DNA from: an uncultured Trueperaceae bacterium
GTDB lineage: Bacteria; Deinococcota; Deinococci; Deinococcales; Trueperaceae
Assembly: GCA_963727505.1 (NCBI GenBank)
Contig: CAVSGP010000009.1
Span: forward strand, 128,001-192,000
Reading direction: 5' to 3'
Length of the DNA stretch: 64,000 nt
Numbering within the stretch: position 1 is the stretch's first letter; every line of letters begins with the position of its first letter. Made by a program: the position numbers and the translations under genes. A model generated the notes under the pieces. That model was not told the DNA's origin and did not search any database. It saw nothing but the letters and a program-made list of their open reading frames with translations. This document shows, in pieces, positions 11,022 through 23,688 of this stretch.

Positions 11022-11395
11022 CCGGCGCGGGACCGCGCCACGAAGGCCACCTGCCGCCCGTCGGGGTCGCGCGCGGTGAAGGCGACGCCAGCGCCCCCTT
11101 CACCTGGCGGAACGTCGACCTCGACGCTCAGCGCACGCAGCCGGCGGACCAGGGCCGCCGGGTCGTCGCAGTGGAAGGTCAGGCGGAGATCGCGCTCCAC
11201 CCCCAGGGCGCCGTCGTGCTGGCGGAATTCCAGCGACGTGCCGCCGACGCGCACGACCAGCCGGCTCGTCTCCTCGACAGCGAGCGAGAGGCCGAGGTCG
11301 CGCACGTAGAAGTCTCGAGTGGCGGTCAGGTCCTGCGCCGCCAGGCTCATCACCAGGGCCGTCGGCGGTCTGGCGGAGGGCGCATCCGGACACAT
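11009..11395 (-). CDS. VOC/glyoxalase family protein
   Basis: DLTATRDFYVRDLGL ... LTFHCDD ... FTARDPDGRQV pattern. Confidence 0.8.
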   Translation of the reverse strand: MCPDAPSARPPTALVMSLAAQDLTATRDFYVRDLGLSLAVEETSRLVVRVGGTSLEFRQHDGALGVERDLRLTFHCDDPAALVRRLRALSVEVDVPPGEGGAGVAFTARDPDGRQVAFVARSRAGRAP

Positions 11396-11465
11396 GCCCC
11401 GTCCTACCACGGTGGGCGCGTCACGGTGCACCGCACTTGGCTGCGCGGTCTCGTAAGCTGGAGCC

Positions 11466-11858
11466 GTGGATGAACCGACGAGGATCCTGGTGGCCGATGA
11501 CGTCGAAGGGCAGAGACTCGTGCTCGACATGCTGCTCAGCGCCGACGGACACATCGTCGACACGGTGGAGGACGGGCGCGCCGCGCTCGACTACCTGAAG
11601 ACCACGACGCCGGACCTGGTGATCCTGGACGTCGCCATGCCCTTCATATCCGGCATCGACATCTGCCATCGCATGAAGCGCATCCCCCGCCTGAAGGACG
11701 TTCCTGTGATCATCCTGACGGCGCTCAAGGACGAGCGCACCCGCGACATGGCGCGTGTCGCTCGTGCCGATGCCATCGTGACCAAGCCGCTCGAAGGCAA
11801 GGACTTCCGGGCCGCGGTGCGCGATCTGCTGGCGGCCGGACGCTCCGCAGGAAGCTAG
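11466..11858 (+). CDS. Single-domain response regulator (CheY-like)
   Basis: ILVADD, PDLVILDVAMP, VIILTA, TKP. Confidence 0.92.
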   Translation: MDEPTRILVADDVEGQRLVLDMLLSADGHIVDTVEDGRAALDYLKTTTPDLVILDVAMPFISGIDICHRMKRIPRLKDVPVIILTALKDERTRDMARVARADAIVTKPLEGKDFRAAVRDLLAAGRSAGS

Positions 11859-11873
11859 CGGTCAACGCGCCCA

Positions 11874-12692
11874 TCATCCCTGACGCTGCCGCATCGCCTC
11901 GAACAGCAGCACGGCGCCCGCCACCCCCACGTTGAGGCTGTCCGCCACACGGGAGCGCATCGGGATGCGCACCTGCTGCTCGGCGGCGTCGAGCCAAACG
12001 GCGCCCAGCCCGGCGTGCTCCGACCCCAGCACGACGGCGACGCCGCCGCGGTAGTCGGCGTCCCAGTGGGCGCGCACGGCGTGGGGCGTGGAGGCGATCA
12101 CACGCAGGTCCGCGGCGCGCAGCCAGGCCAGCGCCTCGGCCGTTGCGGCGCTCGCCACCGGGAGGGCGAACACGCTGCCCATGCTGGCGCGGATCACGTT
12201 GGGGTTCCGAAGGTCGGTCCCCTGGCCGGTGACCAGCACCCCGTCGACCCCCGTGGCGTCGGCCGTTCTCAGCAGGGCGCCGACGTTGCCCGGCTTCTCG
12301 ATGCCGTCGAGCACGAGCACCAGCGGATCGGACGGGAGGGCCAGCTGCTCGAGCCCGCGCGCGGGCTCGAGCGCCACGAGGGCGACCCCGTCCGGGTGCT
12401 CGCGCAGGCTCAGGCGCTCGAAGGCATCGGGGGAGAGCTCGATCACCTCGGCGCCCCGTGCAGCAGCGGCCTCCCGTAGGGCTTCGGTCGCCTTGCGGTG
12501 GCGGGCCGGCCACAGCTCCGGGGCGACCAGGAGCCACACGAGCGTGATCCCCGCCTCCGTGGCGCGCTCCGCTTCGCGCAGTCCTTCGACGAGGGTCCGC
12601 CCTGTGCGGTCCCGCTCCCGCCGGGTCTTGAGGGCGGCCACCTCTTTCACCAGGGGGTTACGGGCGCTGTCGATGCGGCGGGCGGGCGACAT
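11874..12692 (-). CDS. TrmH/SpoU family RNA methyltransferase
   Basis: IDSARNP, LVEG, EKPGNVGALLRTADA, GSEHAGL, IPM..DSLNV; start trimmed to MSPARR. Confidence 0.92.
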   Translation of the reverse strand: MSPARRIDSARNPLVKEVAALKTRRERDRTGRTLVEGLREAERATEAGITLVWLLVAPELWPARHRKATEALREAAAARGAEVIELSPDAFERLSLREHPDGVALVALEPARGLEQLALPSDPLVLVLDGIEKPGNVGALLRTADATGVDGVLVTGQGTDLRNPNVIRASMGSVFALPVASAATAEALAWLRAADLRVIASTPHAVRAHWDADYRGGVAVVLGSEHAGLGAVWLDAAEQQVRIPMRSRVADSLNVGVAGAVLLFEAMRQRQG

Positions 12693-12765
12693 GCGGCATT
12701 GTAACGACGACGCCTCCTCGCCTTTCATGCGGGGAGGAGGGGGCTCCGGCCGGTAGACTCGCGTC

Positions 12766-13611
12766 ATGGAGTCGCTCATCGACGCCGGAACGCTGCTGCG
12801 CAGGCTCGACGACCCGGGCCTGCGCATCCTCGACGCACGCTTCGAGCTGCTGGATCCGCCCGCGGGCCGGCGCATGTACGGGGAGGGGCACGTGCCGGGC
12901 GCCGTGTTCGTGGACCTGGACGAGGATCTGGCGGCGCCCGCTGCGCGGCACGGCGGTCGGCACCCGCTGCCCGACATGGGTGCCTTCGCCCGCAAGCTCG
13001 GCGAGCGCGGGGTGGGCGACGACCACGAGGTCGTGGTCTACGACCAGGGCGGCACCATGTTCGCGGCGCGCGCCTGGTGGCTCCTGCGCTACGCGGGCCA
13101 CGACCGGGTGCGGGTCCTCGACGGCGGCTACCGAGCGTACCGGGAGGCGGGGGGAGCGGTCAGCCGCGAGGTCCCGTTGCACGACCGCGCGATGCTGTCG
13201 CTCCGCCTTCGGCAAGAGATGGTCGTCGACCGGGCGCGGTTGCGCCGGGCGCTCCATGACCCACAGTGGTGCATCCTCGACGTGCGCTCGCCGGAGCGCT
13301 ACCGAGGGGAGACAGAGCCGATCGATCCCAGGGCCGGGCATATCCCCTCGGCGCTCAACCGCCCTTACGAGCGCACGCTGACCGAGCGCGGGCGCTTCGC
13401 CGAGCCTCACGCGCTGAGGGAGCAGTTCGCGGTGGCCGCCGGCCGCTCCGAGGTGGTCGGTTACTGCGGGTCGGGGGTCAGTGCGGCGCACGCCATCCTC
13501 GCCATGGAGCTGGCCGGCATCCCCGGCGCCCGGCTGTACCCGGGATCGTGGAGCGACTGGTGCAGCTACGAGGACTTGCCCGTGGCGCTGGGTGACGAGG
13601 AGTCCGGCTAG
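12766..13611 (+). CDS. Tandem-rhodanese sulfurtransferase (SseA/MST-like)
   Basis: GHVPGA, GGRHPLP, AARAWW, GHIPSA, active loop CGSGVSA, LYPGSWSDW. Confidence 0.93.
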   Translation: MESLIDAGTLLRRLDDPGLRILDARFELLDPPAGRRMYGEGHVPGAVFVDLDEDLAAPAARHGGRHPLPDMGAFARKLGERGVGDDHEVVVYDQGGTMFAARAWWLLRYAGHDRVRVLDGGYRAYREAGGAVSREVPLHDRAMLSLRLRQEMVVDRARLRRALHDPQWCILDVRSPERYRGETEPIDPRAGHIPSALNRPYERTLTERGRFAEPHALREQFAVAAGRSEVVGYCGSGVSAAHAILAMELAGIPGARLYPGSWSDWCSYEDLPVALGDEESG

Positions 13612-13657
13612 GCCACGCCGGACAGGGTCCATGGGGGGCTAAGATGAGAGGCCACGG

Positions 13658-14620
13658 ATGACCGAGGTCGAGCACAGCGAGCGCTGGGACCGGATCTGGG
13701 CGGGTTTCTTCCGAAACCTACCGCACGGGGTGGTCGTGTTCCGGGCGGTGCGCAACGACGAGGGTCGGCTGCGCGACTTCGTGTGGGTGGACGTCAATCC
13801 GGTTGGCGCCGGCATCCTGCGCGTAGCCCGGACGGACCTGATCGGCCAGCGGCTGCGCAGCGTCTACCCCGACCACCTGGATCCGCGCCTGTTGTGGCGG
13901 CTGGCGTCGGCGCTGCACGGGCGCCGCCCGCGCGAGTTCGAGTACGCGGTCCCCACGCCGCCGTTCCGGCCGCAGCGACCCGGCGCCGGAGCACGGGATG
14001 CGGACGTCGCTGGTGGGGTCGAGGGCGACGCACCGCCCGCCTGGTGGTACGCGGTGACGGTGGTGCCGGCCGACGAGGATCACGTGGTGGTGCTGTTCCG
14101 CTCCATCACCGATTACAAGGACGTGCTGCGGCAGGCCGTCGAGTTGATGAACCACGACGACCTGACCGGGCTGGCCAACCGGCGCCACATGAAGTCGAGG
14201 TTCTGGGTGTGGCGCAAGCGGCGCGTGCGCATGGCGATCATCTACTTCGACCTCAACGGCTTCAAGACGGTGAACGACAGGCACGGGCACGAGGCCGGCG
14301 ATCAGGTGCTAGGGGTTATCGGGCAGCGTTTGAAGCAGAACGTGCGTCCCGGCGAGATGGTGGCACGCATCGGCGGAGACGAGTTCGCGGTCCTGCTGGG
14401 CGAAGCCGAGGTGGGCACCCTCGATCGCGTTGCAGAGCGCCTGATCCAGTCGGTGGAGGAGCCCATCCATCTCGCCGACTACACGGTGCAGCTCAGCGCC
14501 AGCGTGGGTGCCGCCCTCTACCCGGACGACGCCGAGTCCTTCGAAGCCCTTCTCGGTCGCGCCGACGAGCGCATGTACCAGCACAAGCGGGAGTACCGCG
14601 CCGCGCAGGGCCAGAGCTGA
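13658..14620 (+). CDS. PAS-like + GGDEF diguanylate cyclase
   Basis: HDDLTGLANR, DLNGFKTVNDRHGHEAGD, ARIGGDEF, ADERMY. Confidence 0.92.
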   Translation: MTEVEHSERWDRIWAGFFRNLPHGVVVFRAVRNDEGRLRDFVWVDVNPVGAGILRVARTDLIGQRLRSVYPDHLDPRLLWRLASALHGRRPREFEYAVPTPPFRPQRPGAGARDADVAGGVEGDAPPAWWYAVTVVPADEDHVVVLFRSITDYKDVLRQAVELMNHDDLTGLANRRHMKSRFWVWRKRRVRMAIIYFDLNGFKTVNDRHGHEAGDQVLGVIGQRLKQNVRPGEMVARIGGDEFAVLLGEAEVGTLDRVAERLIQSVEEPIHLADYTVQLSASVGAALYPDDAESFEALLGRADERMYQHKREYRAAQGQS

Positions 14621-14705
14621 TCCCTTCGGACCCTCACCGGGAGCTGGCGCCGCCCCGTCACCGTCGGGCCGGACGGGTTCCGAGGGCGATGCTATCCTCG
14701 GTGGC

Positions 14706-15638
14706 ATGAACATCGTCGTGATGGGAGCCGGCGCGGTCGGCGGCTACTTCGGTGGGCGCCTTGCCGAGGCCGGGCACCGGGTCACCCTGGTGGCGCGGGG
14801 AGCGCACCTGCGGGCTCTCCAGGAGAGCGGGCTTCGCCTGCGCAGCACGCTCGGGGACGCGCACGTGCAGCGTCTGGCGGCAGTGGAGGATCCGCGGGAC
14901 GCCGCACCGGACGTCCGCCCGGTGGACGTGGTGCTGTTCACGGTGAAGGCGCAGGACAGCGCGTCCGCCGCCGAGCGGATCGCGCCGCTCGTGAGCGCCG
15001 ACACCCGCGTGCTCACGCTGCAGAACGGCGTCGACGGGGTGGAGGTGCTCCGGCGGCGCTTCGGAGACGAGCGCGTCCTTGCAGGCGTCGCTTATATCGA
15101 GGCGCTGATCGGGGCGCCGGGCGAGATCGTCCACAAGAGCCCGTTCGCGCGCGTCGTGTTCGGCCCTCTCGTGGCGCCCGATCCCCATGCCGAAGAGCTC
15201 GCCGGCGCGTTCCGGGAGGCCGGCGTGGAGGCGACCCTGGAGGCCGACCCGATGGTCGCGGTGTGGCGCAAGTGGCTGCTCATCTGCGCGTTCAGCGGGC
15301 TGACCGCGCTGACGCGCAAGCCCATCGGGGAGATCGTGGAGCGACGCGAGACGCGCGAGCTCCTCAGGCGCGCCATGGAGGAGATCGCCGCCCTCGCCGC
15401 GGCGCGCGGAGTGGCGCTTCCCGACGACGCCGTCGACGGCGCCATGACGTTCGCGCGCAAGACGGCCGAACCCACCATGACCTCGTCGCTGGCGCAGGAC
15501 CTGGCCGCCGGCAAACACCTGGAGCTCGAAGCACTCAACGGCGCCGCGTCCCGCATGGGCCGCGAGCTCGGTGTGTCCACACCGGTCAACGACTTCGTCT
15601 ACGCCGCGCTGGTCCTGCACAGCCGAGGAGCGGCGTGA
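14706..15638 (+). CDS. panE: 2-dehydropantoate 2-reductase
   Basis: GAGAVGG, TVK, LQNG, WRK, SSLAQD, ELEALNG. Confidence 0.9.
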   Translation: MNIVVMGAGAVGGYFGGRLAEAGHRVTLVARGAHLRALQESGLRLRSTLGDAHVQRLAAVEDPRDAAPDVRPVDVVLFTVKAQDSASAAERIAPLVSADTRVLTLQNGVDGVEVLRRRFGDERVLAGVAYIEALIGAPGEIVHKSPFARVVFGPLVAPDPHAEELAGAFREAGVEATLEADPMVAVWRKWLLICAFSGLTALTRKPIGEIVERRETRELLRRAMEEIAALAAARGVALPDDAVDGAMTFARKTAEPTMTSSLAQDLAAGKHLELEALNGAASRMGRELGVSTPVNDFVYAALVLHSRGAA

Positions 15639-16204
15639 GCGACGTCCGGTGCGCCTGGGCCGGGAACGACCCACGGATGCGCCGCTATCACGACGAGGAG
15701 TGGGGCGTTCCCGTCCACGACGACCGCCGCTGGTTCGAGATGCTGGTGCTGGAGAGCTTCCAGGCGGGTCTGAGCTGGCGCACCATCCTCCACAAGCGCG
15801 ACGCCTTCCGCGACGCCTTTGCCGCCTTCGACCCAGCCAGGGTCGCTCGCTTCACGGAGGCCGACGTGACCCGCCTGCTCGCGGACCCCGGCATCGTGCG
15901 CAACAGCGCCAAGGTCCGTGCGGCCGTATCCAACGCCCAGGCCTTCCTGCGCGTTCAGGAGGCGTTCGGGAGCTTCGACGCCTTCGCCTGGGACGCGGTC
16001 GGAGGGATCCCGGTCGTCGGCCGTCGCGAGACGCAGGCCGACGTGCCCGCCGTCACGGAGGCCTCCGTGACGCTGGCCCGGGACCTGAAGCAGCGCGGTT
16101 TCCGGTTTGTTGGGCCCACCGTGGCCTACGCCTTCATGCAGGCGACCGGCCTGGTCAACGACCACACGCTGGACTGTTTCCGCTACGCCGAGCTGGTGCC
16201 TTGA
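15635..16204 (+). CDS. tag: DNA-3-methyladenine glycosylase I
   Basis: RCAWA, YHDEEWG, LESFQAGLSW, GFRFVGPT, NDHTLDC; GTGA overlap with panE. Confidence 0.95.
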   Translation: MSDVRCAWAGNDPRMRRYHDEEWGVPVHDDRRWFEMLVLESFQAGLSWRTILHKRDAFRDAFAAFDPARVARFTEADVTRLLADPGIVRNSAKVRAAVSNAQAFLRVQEAFGSFDAFAWDAVGGIPVVGRRETQADVPAVTEASVTLARDLKQRGFRFVGPTVAYAFMQATGLVNDHTLDCFRYAELVP

Positions 16205-16250
16205 GCGGCGCATCGCGCGGGCCGCGGCCGCTGCTATCATGGCCGCGTCC

Positions 16251-16628
16251 ATGAGCGACGACGCCCGCCGCGGTTACACCATGCTGGCCCGGCTGTTCCT
16301 GGTCGTGGGCGGGGCCTTCGCCTTGCTGGCCGTGCTGCAGTTGGCGGGTGCATTCCGCCTGTTCAACGGCAACCCTCTGGGTGTGGCGCTGATCGTGTTG
16401 ATCATCGGAGTGCTGCTCGAGTGGACGGTGCGCACCGCGCCTCCCGCGGCCCCTGCGCCCGAGGACGCGGTCGCCGAGGACGCGGTCGCCGAGGCGGACG
16501 AGGGCGCGAGCGACGATGTGCAGCCTGACGGGTGGGACGCCGGGGGGCGGGAGAGTGGCGAGCGGCGGGCCGACGGGCCGACGCTCGACGGTCGAGGCCT
16601 CGACCCACCCGCGCGCGGCCGCCACTAG
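16251..16628 (+). CDS. Hypothetical small membrane protein (2 TM, acidic tail)
   Basis: Two hydrophobic helices; tail contains a 15-bp duplication (EDAVA x2). Confidence 0.6.
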   Translation: MSDDARRGYTMLARLFLVVGGAFALLAVLQLAGAFRLFNGNPLGVALIVLIIGVLLEWTVRTAPPAAPAPEDAVAEDAVAEADEGASDDVQPDGWDAGGRESGERRADGPTLDGRGLDPPARGRH

Positions 16629-16655
16629 CCTCGGTCGCGCGTGGGCCCATCCGGC

Positions 16656-17147
16656 TCAGGGCCGGCTCAGGGTGAACGTCAGGGTGTGGGTCGTGGCGGT
16701 GGCGGCGGGTGAGTCCACGCTGAACGTCAGGGGGATGTCCTTCCAGCCTCCGGTGGGCTGCTGCGTAGCGAACGTCGCCGTGTGTTCGAGGTCGTAGCAG
16801 CCGCTCTTGGTGGTGCTCATGGTCGCGTCCGTGGTGCAGACCTGCAGGGTCGGGGCGGCGGGGCTCTCGTCCTCGATCGACAGGATCCATTGGGAGTTCG
16901 CGAAGACCTTGACCGTCACGTTTCCCGGGTCCACCAGCGTCCCGTCGAAGTTGCCGTCGACGGTGCCGCCCACGGTCACGTCGAGGTTCTGCTGGGTGGT
17001 CGCCGTGTCCTGATCGATGCTCAGGCGCAACACGGTGGGGATGTGCACGGTGACGGTGTTGCGGGCGGTGGCCTGAGCTCCGGCCACGCCGGAGAGCAGC
17101 ATCCAGCCGAACAGCAACGTCAGAGCGGTCGTGCCAGTGCGGCGCAT
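16656..17147 (-). CDS. Secreted beta-rich protein, possibly a donor-strand pilin-like subunit
   Basis: Sec signal ending VAGA|Q, alternating N-terminal strand NTVTVHIP, C-terminal strand TLTFTLSRP, one Cys pair; AGGGGG RBS. Confidence 0.8.
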   Translation of the reverse strand: MRRTGTTALTLLFGWMLLSGVAGAQATARNTVTVHIPTVLRLSIDQDTATTQQNLDVTVGGTVDGNFDGTLVDPGNVTVKVFANSQWILSIEDESPAAPTLQVCTTDATMSTTKSGCYDLEHTATFATQQPTGGWKDIPLTFSVDSPAATATTHTLTFTLSRP

Positions 17148-17232
17148 CCGTCGTCCCCCTTCGTCGACGGATGCAACCGGGGGAGCGCTGGTGCCCGCGA
17201 GCACGGGCCGTCCGGCCCACACATGCGGTACC

Positions 17233-17312
17233 AGGTCCGGCCGGTTGCATCACTGGCTCCCCGAGTCCCTTGATGCCCACATTGGGAGTCTCGGCTCATA
17301 GCCTCCGAACCC
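17233..17312 (-). ncRNA. c-di-GMP-II riboswitch aptamer, downstream copy
   Basis: GGGUUCGG-A-GGC-UAU-GA-G-CCGAG..UGGGCAUCA..CUCGG-G-GA-GCC-AG-UGAUGCAACCGG-CCGGACCU: P1, kink-turn, pseudoknot GCAUCA/UGAUGC and conserved UGGGC and GCAACCG motifs. Confidence 0.88.
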
Positions 17313-17340
17313 TTCGGTCGAGGGGCCGTGCAGCGCATCC

Positions 17341-17377
17341 AAATGAGAAAACGCCACATCGACCTTACGATGGACGC
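17341..17377 (-). terminator. Putative riboswitch-controlled intrinsic terminator
   Basis: Minus strand GCGUCCAUCG-UAAGGU-CGAUG(U)GGCGU followed by UUUCUCAUUU. Confidence 0.6.
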
Positions 17378-17424
17378 TTGACGGGCGGGTCACGAGGGTA
17401 CGGCACGATGGTGCCGCCGTAGAC

Positions 17425-17498
17425 GTGAGGCCGGTTGCGCTACTAGCTCCACTCGATCCAAGCGCCCAGATGCAGATCGAGCTTCAACGCTTCCTCAC
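17425..17498 (-). ncRNA. c-di-GMP-II riboswitch aptamer, upstream copy
   Basis: GUGAGG-A-AGC-GUU-GA-AG-CUCGAUC..UGGGCGCUU..GAUCGAG-UG-GA-GCU-AG-UAGCGCAACCGG-CCUCAC: P1, kink-turn and pseudoknot GCGCU/AGCGC. Confidence 0.92.
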
Positions 17499-17502
17499 CG
17501 GC

Positions 17503-17534
17503 AGCATAGCGTTCCGGGCTTACGGAACTCTTAC
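17503..17534 (-). promoter_or_regulatory. Promoter of riboswitch leader: -10 TATGCT plus GTAAG direct repeat (11-bp period)
   Basis: Minus strand tGTAAGagttccGTAAGcccggaacgcTATGCTgccgGTGAGG. Confidence 0.5.
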
Positions 17535-17719
17535 ACCGACCGGGCTCGGCCCGTTCGTCGCGCCCGGGAAGGGCCCGAGGACGGGATCCAGCGCTTCACC
17601 CTAGCGCCCCGTATGCGTTGCTTCCCGACGCGCGTCACGCCCGCAACCCAGGCCTGGGGCCTCCGGGGCCGTGAACACGCGCGTTGCGAGGCTCCGCGAC
17701 GGGCGGCTACAGTAGCGGG

Positions 17720-18499
17720 ATGCGAGTCTCCATCGAGCTGGTTCCCCGCAACGCCGACGCGCTCGACGACCAGCTGCGCGAGATGAGAGGCGCCTTCCCC
17801 GGCGTGGACACCGTCAACCTCCCGGACATCGTGCGCTTCGACCTACGAAGCTGGGAGGGTTGTGACGCGGTACGCCGCCATGTGCCGCACGCCATTCCGC
17901 ACCTGCGGGCGATCGACGTCGACCTCGACGCACCGCTACGGGCGGGCCCCTGGCTCGGAGAGGGGGGCCTCGACGAGGTGCTGGTGATCTCGGGGGATGC
18001 GCCTAGCGACATGAGCAGACCGGTGTACGGCTCGAGCCCCGTCGAGGTCATCCGCAAGGTCAAGCGCGAACACCCCGGGGTGAGGGTGTACGCCGCTCTC
18101 GACCCCTACCGGCAGGGCTTCGTGCGAGAGCGGGGCTACGCGCTGCAGAAGCTCGAAGCGGGCGCCGACGGCCTGTTCACGCAGCCCTTCTTCGACGTTC
18201 GCCTGCTCGAGGTCTGGGCAGACCTGATGACCGACGTACCCGTGTTCTGGGGCTTCACCAGCGTGGTGGGGGAGCGCTCGGCGCGTTACTGGAAGACCCG
18301 TAACGGGGTGGTGTTCCCCCGCGATTTCGAGCCCAGCCTCGCCTGGAGCCGTCGGCTCGCCCGTGAGGCGCTGGCCTTCGCCCGTGAGCGGGACGCGAGC
18401 CTCTACTTCATGCCCATCCGGGTCGGTCCGCGCGCCTACCTCGAGGGGATCCTCGAGGGGCCGGACGCGCCGATCGAGGGGGCATCTCGGCAGGGGTGA
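17720..18499 (+). CDS. metF: Methylenetetrahydrofolate reductase
   Basis: SIELVPR, IPHLRAID, VLVISGD, KLEAGADGLFTQPFFD; near metH. Confidence 0.88.
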   Translation: MRVSIELVPRNADALDDQLREMRGAFPGVDTVNLPDIVRFDLRSWEGCDAVRRHVPHAIPHLRAIDVDLDAPLRAGPWLGEGGLDEVLVISGDAPSDMSRPVYGSSPVEVIRKVKREHPGVRVYAALDPYRQGFVRERGYALQKLEAGADGLFTQPFFDVRLLEVWADLMTDVPVFWGFTSVVGERSARYWKTRNGVVFPRDFEPSLAWSRRLAREALAFARERDASLYFMPIRVGPRAYLEGILEGPDAPIEGASRQG

Positions 18500-19047
18500 A
18501 GCAGTCGCTGGCAGCCAGCCTCGCCGGCCGCCTGCGCGAGCTTCGCCGTGGCCTGACGACCCTCCCGGACGTGCGCGGCTGGGGGGAGAGCGCGCTGTGG
18601 GCGCTGCTGTTCACCATGGCGGTCGCGCCGGTCGCGATGGCGGGCGGGCTGATCTCGCTCCACCCCGGTGGCGGCGCGGCGACCCTGCGCACGGTGCTGC
18701 TTCCCTTCCTGACGCCCGCGTTGCTCGAGGAGGGACTGTTCCGCGGCCTGCTGCTGCCGCACCCCGCGACCCCCGGTGTGACGCGGGTACGCCGCGCGGC
18801 CTGGTGGGCGGGGTCGCTGCTGGCCTACCTGGCCGCCCATCCGCTGGCTGCGGCCCTGGTGCGGCCCGCCGCCCGCGGCGTGTTCGATGCCCCTGACTTC
18901 CTGGTCGCTGCCGCGTTGCTCGGCGTCACGGCCACGGCGCTCTACCAGCGCACGGGCTCGCTGTGGCCGGGGGTGCTGCTCCACGGCGCGGTCGTCGCGA
19001 CGTGGCTGAACCTGGGAGGGGCCGCGCTGCTGATCCCGGCGGGTTGA
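18496..19047 (+). CDS. CPBP (Abi/CAAX) family intramembrane protease
   Basis: EEGLFRG, AAHP, YQRTGSLW..VLLH motifs; hydrophobic. Confidence 0.85.
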   Translation: MKQSLAASLAGRLRELRRGLTTLPDVRGWGESALWALLFTMAVAPVAMAGGLISLHPGGGAATLRTVLLPFLTPALLEEGLFRGLLLPHPATPGVTRVRRAAWWAGSLLAYLAAHPLAAALVRPAARGVFDAPDFLVAAALLGVTATALYQRTGSLWPGVLLHGAVVATWLNLGGAALLIPAG

Positions 19048-19054
19048 GGCGCGC

Positions 19055-22737
<3,683 letters not shown>

Positions 22738-22741
<4 letters not shown>

Positions 22742-23688
22742 TCGACGTCCCGCCGGAGAAGCGTCCAGGCCAGCCACACGCCGAACACCACGAAGTAGCC
22801 CGCCATGACCGCGGCCGCATGTGGCAGCGTCAGCCCCTGACCGAGGAGATTCCCGATCGGTCCCAGGTCGGCGTTCTTCGGTGCGCCCGTCGACTGCAGG
22901 AAGGCGCCGAGCGGGTGCCGAGCGGGCGCGTAGAGGTTGGCGGAGAAGAAGTAGTGGGGCAGCGCCTGCCACGCCTGTTGCAGCTTCAGTGCCTGGAACA
23001 CTGCGTTGAAGCGGGTGAGCGGCTGGAGCTGGGCCAGCGTGTTGAGGATGGTGTAGAGGCCCTCGAGCAGGGCGGGCAAGAAGATGACCATGATGATGCC
23101 GAGCGTGCCGCTCCGGACCAGGAACACCAGCAGGTAGGCCAGCGCCAGCGCCGCCAGCAGGTGGAGCCACTGCAGCGCGAACAGACCGGCCACCTGCCCC
23201 CAGGGACCGCCGAAGGTGGTGGGGAGGAAGAGGGTACCGGCCGCGCCCGCCAGCGTCGAGACCACCAGGGCGCCGGCCAGCAGCAGCGCCAGAAGCGCCA
23301 TGCCGGCCGCCAGCTTGCCGGCCAGCACCGCCAGCCGCGCCGGTTGCACCGCCAGCGTCGTCTTCCACATGTGCTGGCTGCGCTCCTCGCCGATGAACAT
23401 GCCGGCGAACAGCGCCACGGCGATGATGTACGCCGTCGGGCTCATCAGCGCGGGTGCCATCAGGGCCAGGCGCGCGAGGCCGAACGGGGAGGCGAAGCCC
23501 TGCAGCACCTGAGCGATGGTGCCGTCCTGATTGGCGAACGAGGCGCCCAGGTTGCGGTCGAGCACGGTCGCGGTGATCAGCGCCACGACCGGTAGCAGCA
23601 CCCAGTAGAGCGCAGCCAGCACGTAGAAACGACGCTTGCGGAAGGCCTTGAAGAGCTCGGCGCGGAGGACGTTGAGGGTGGCGCTCAT
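22738..23688 (-). CDS. ABC-2 type transporter permease
   Basis: [27 protein letters not shown], ~6 TM helices. Confidence 0.85.

Noticed and set aside
17540..17719. SAM or other riboswitch upstream of metF
   Set aside because: metF appears leaderless (TACAGT 6 nt before ATG); the aptamers in this gap are on the opposite strand and serve the divergent gene.
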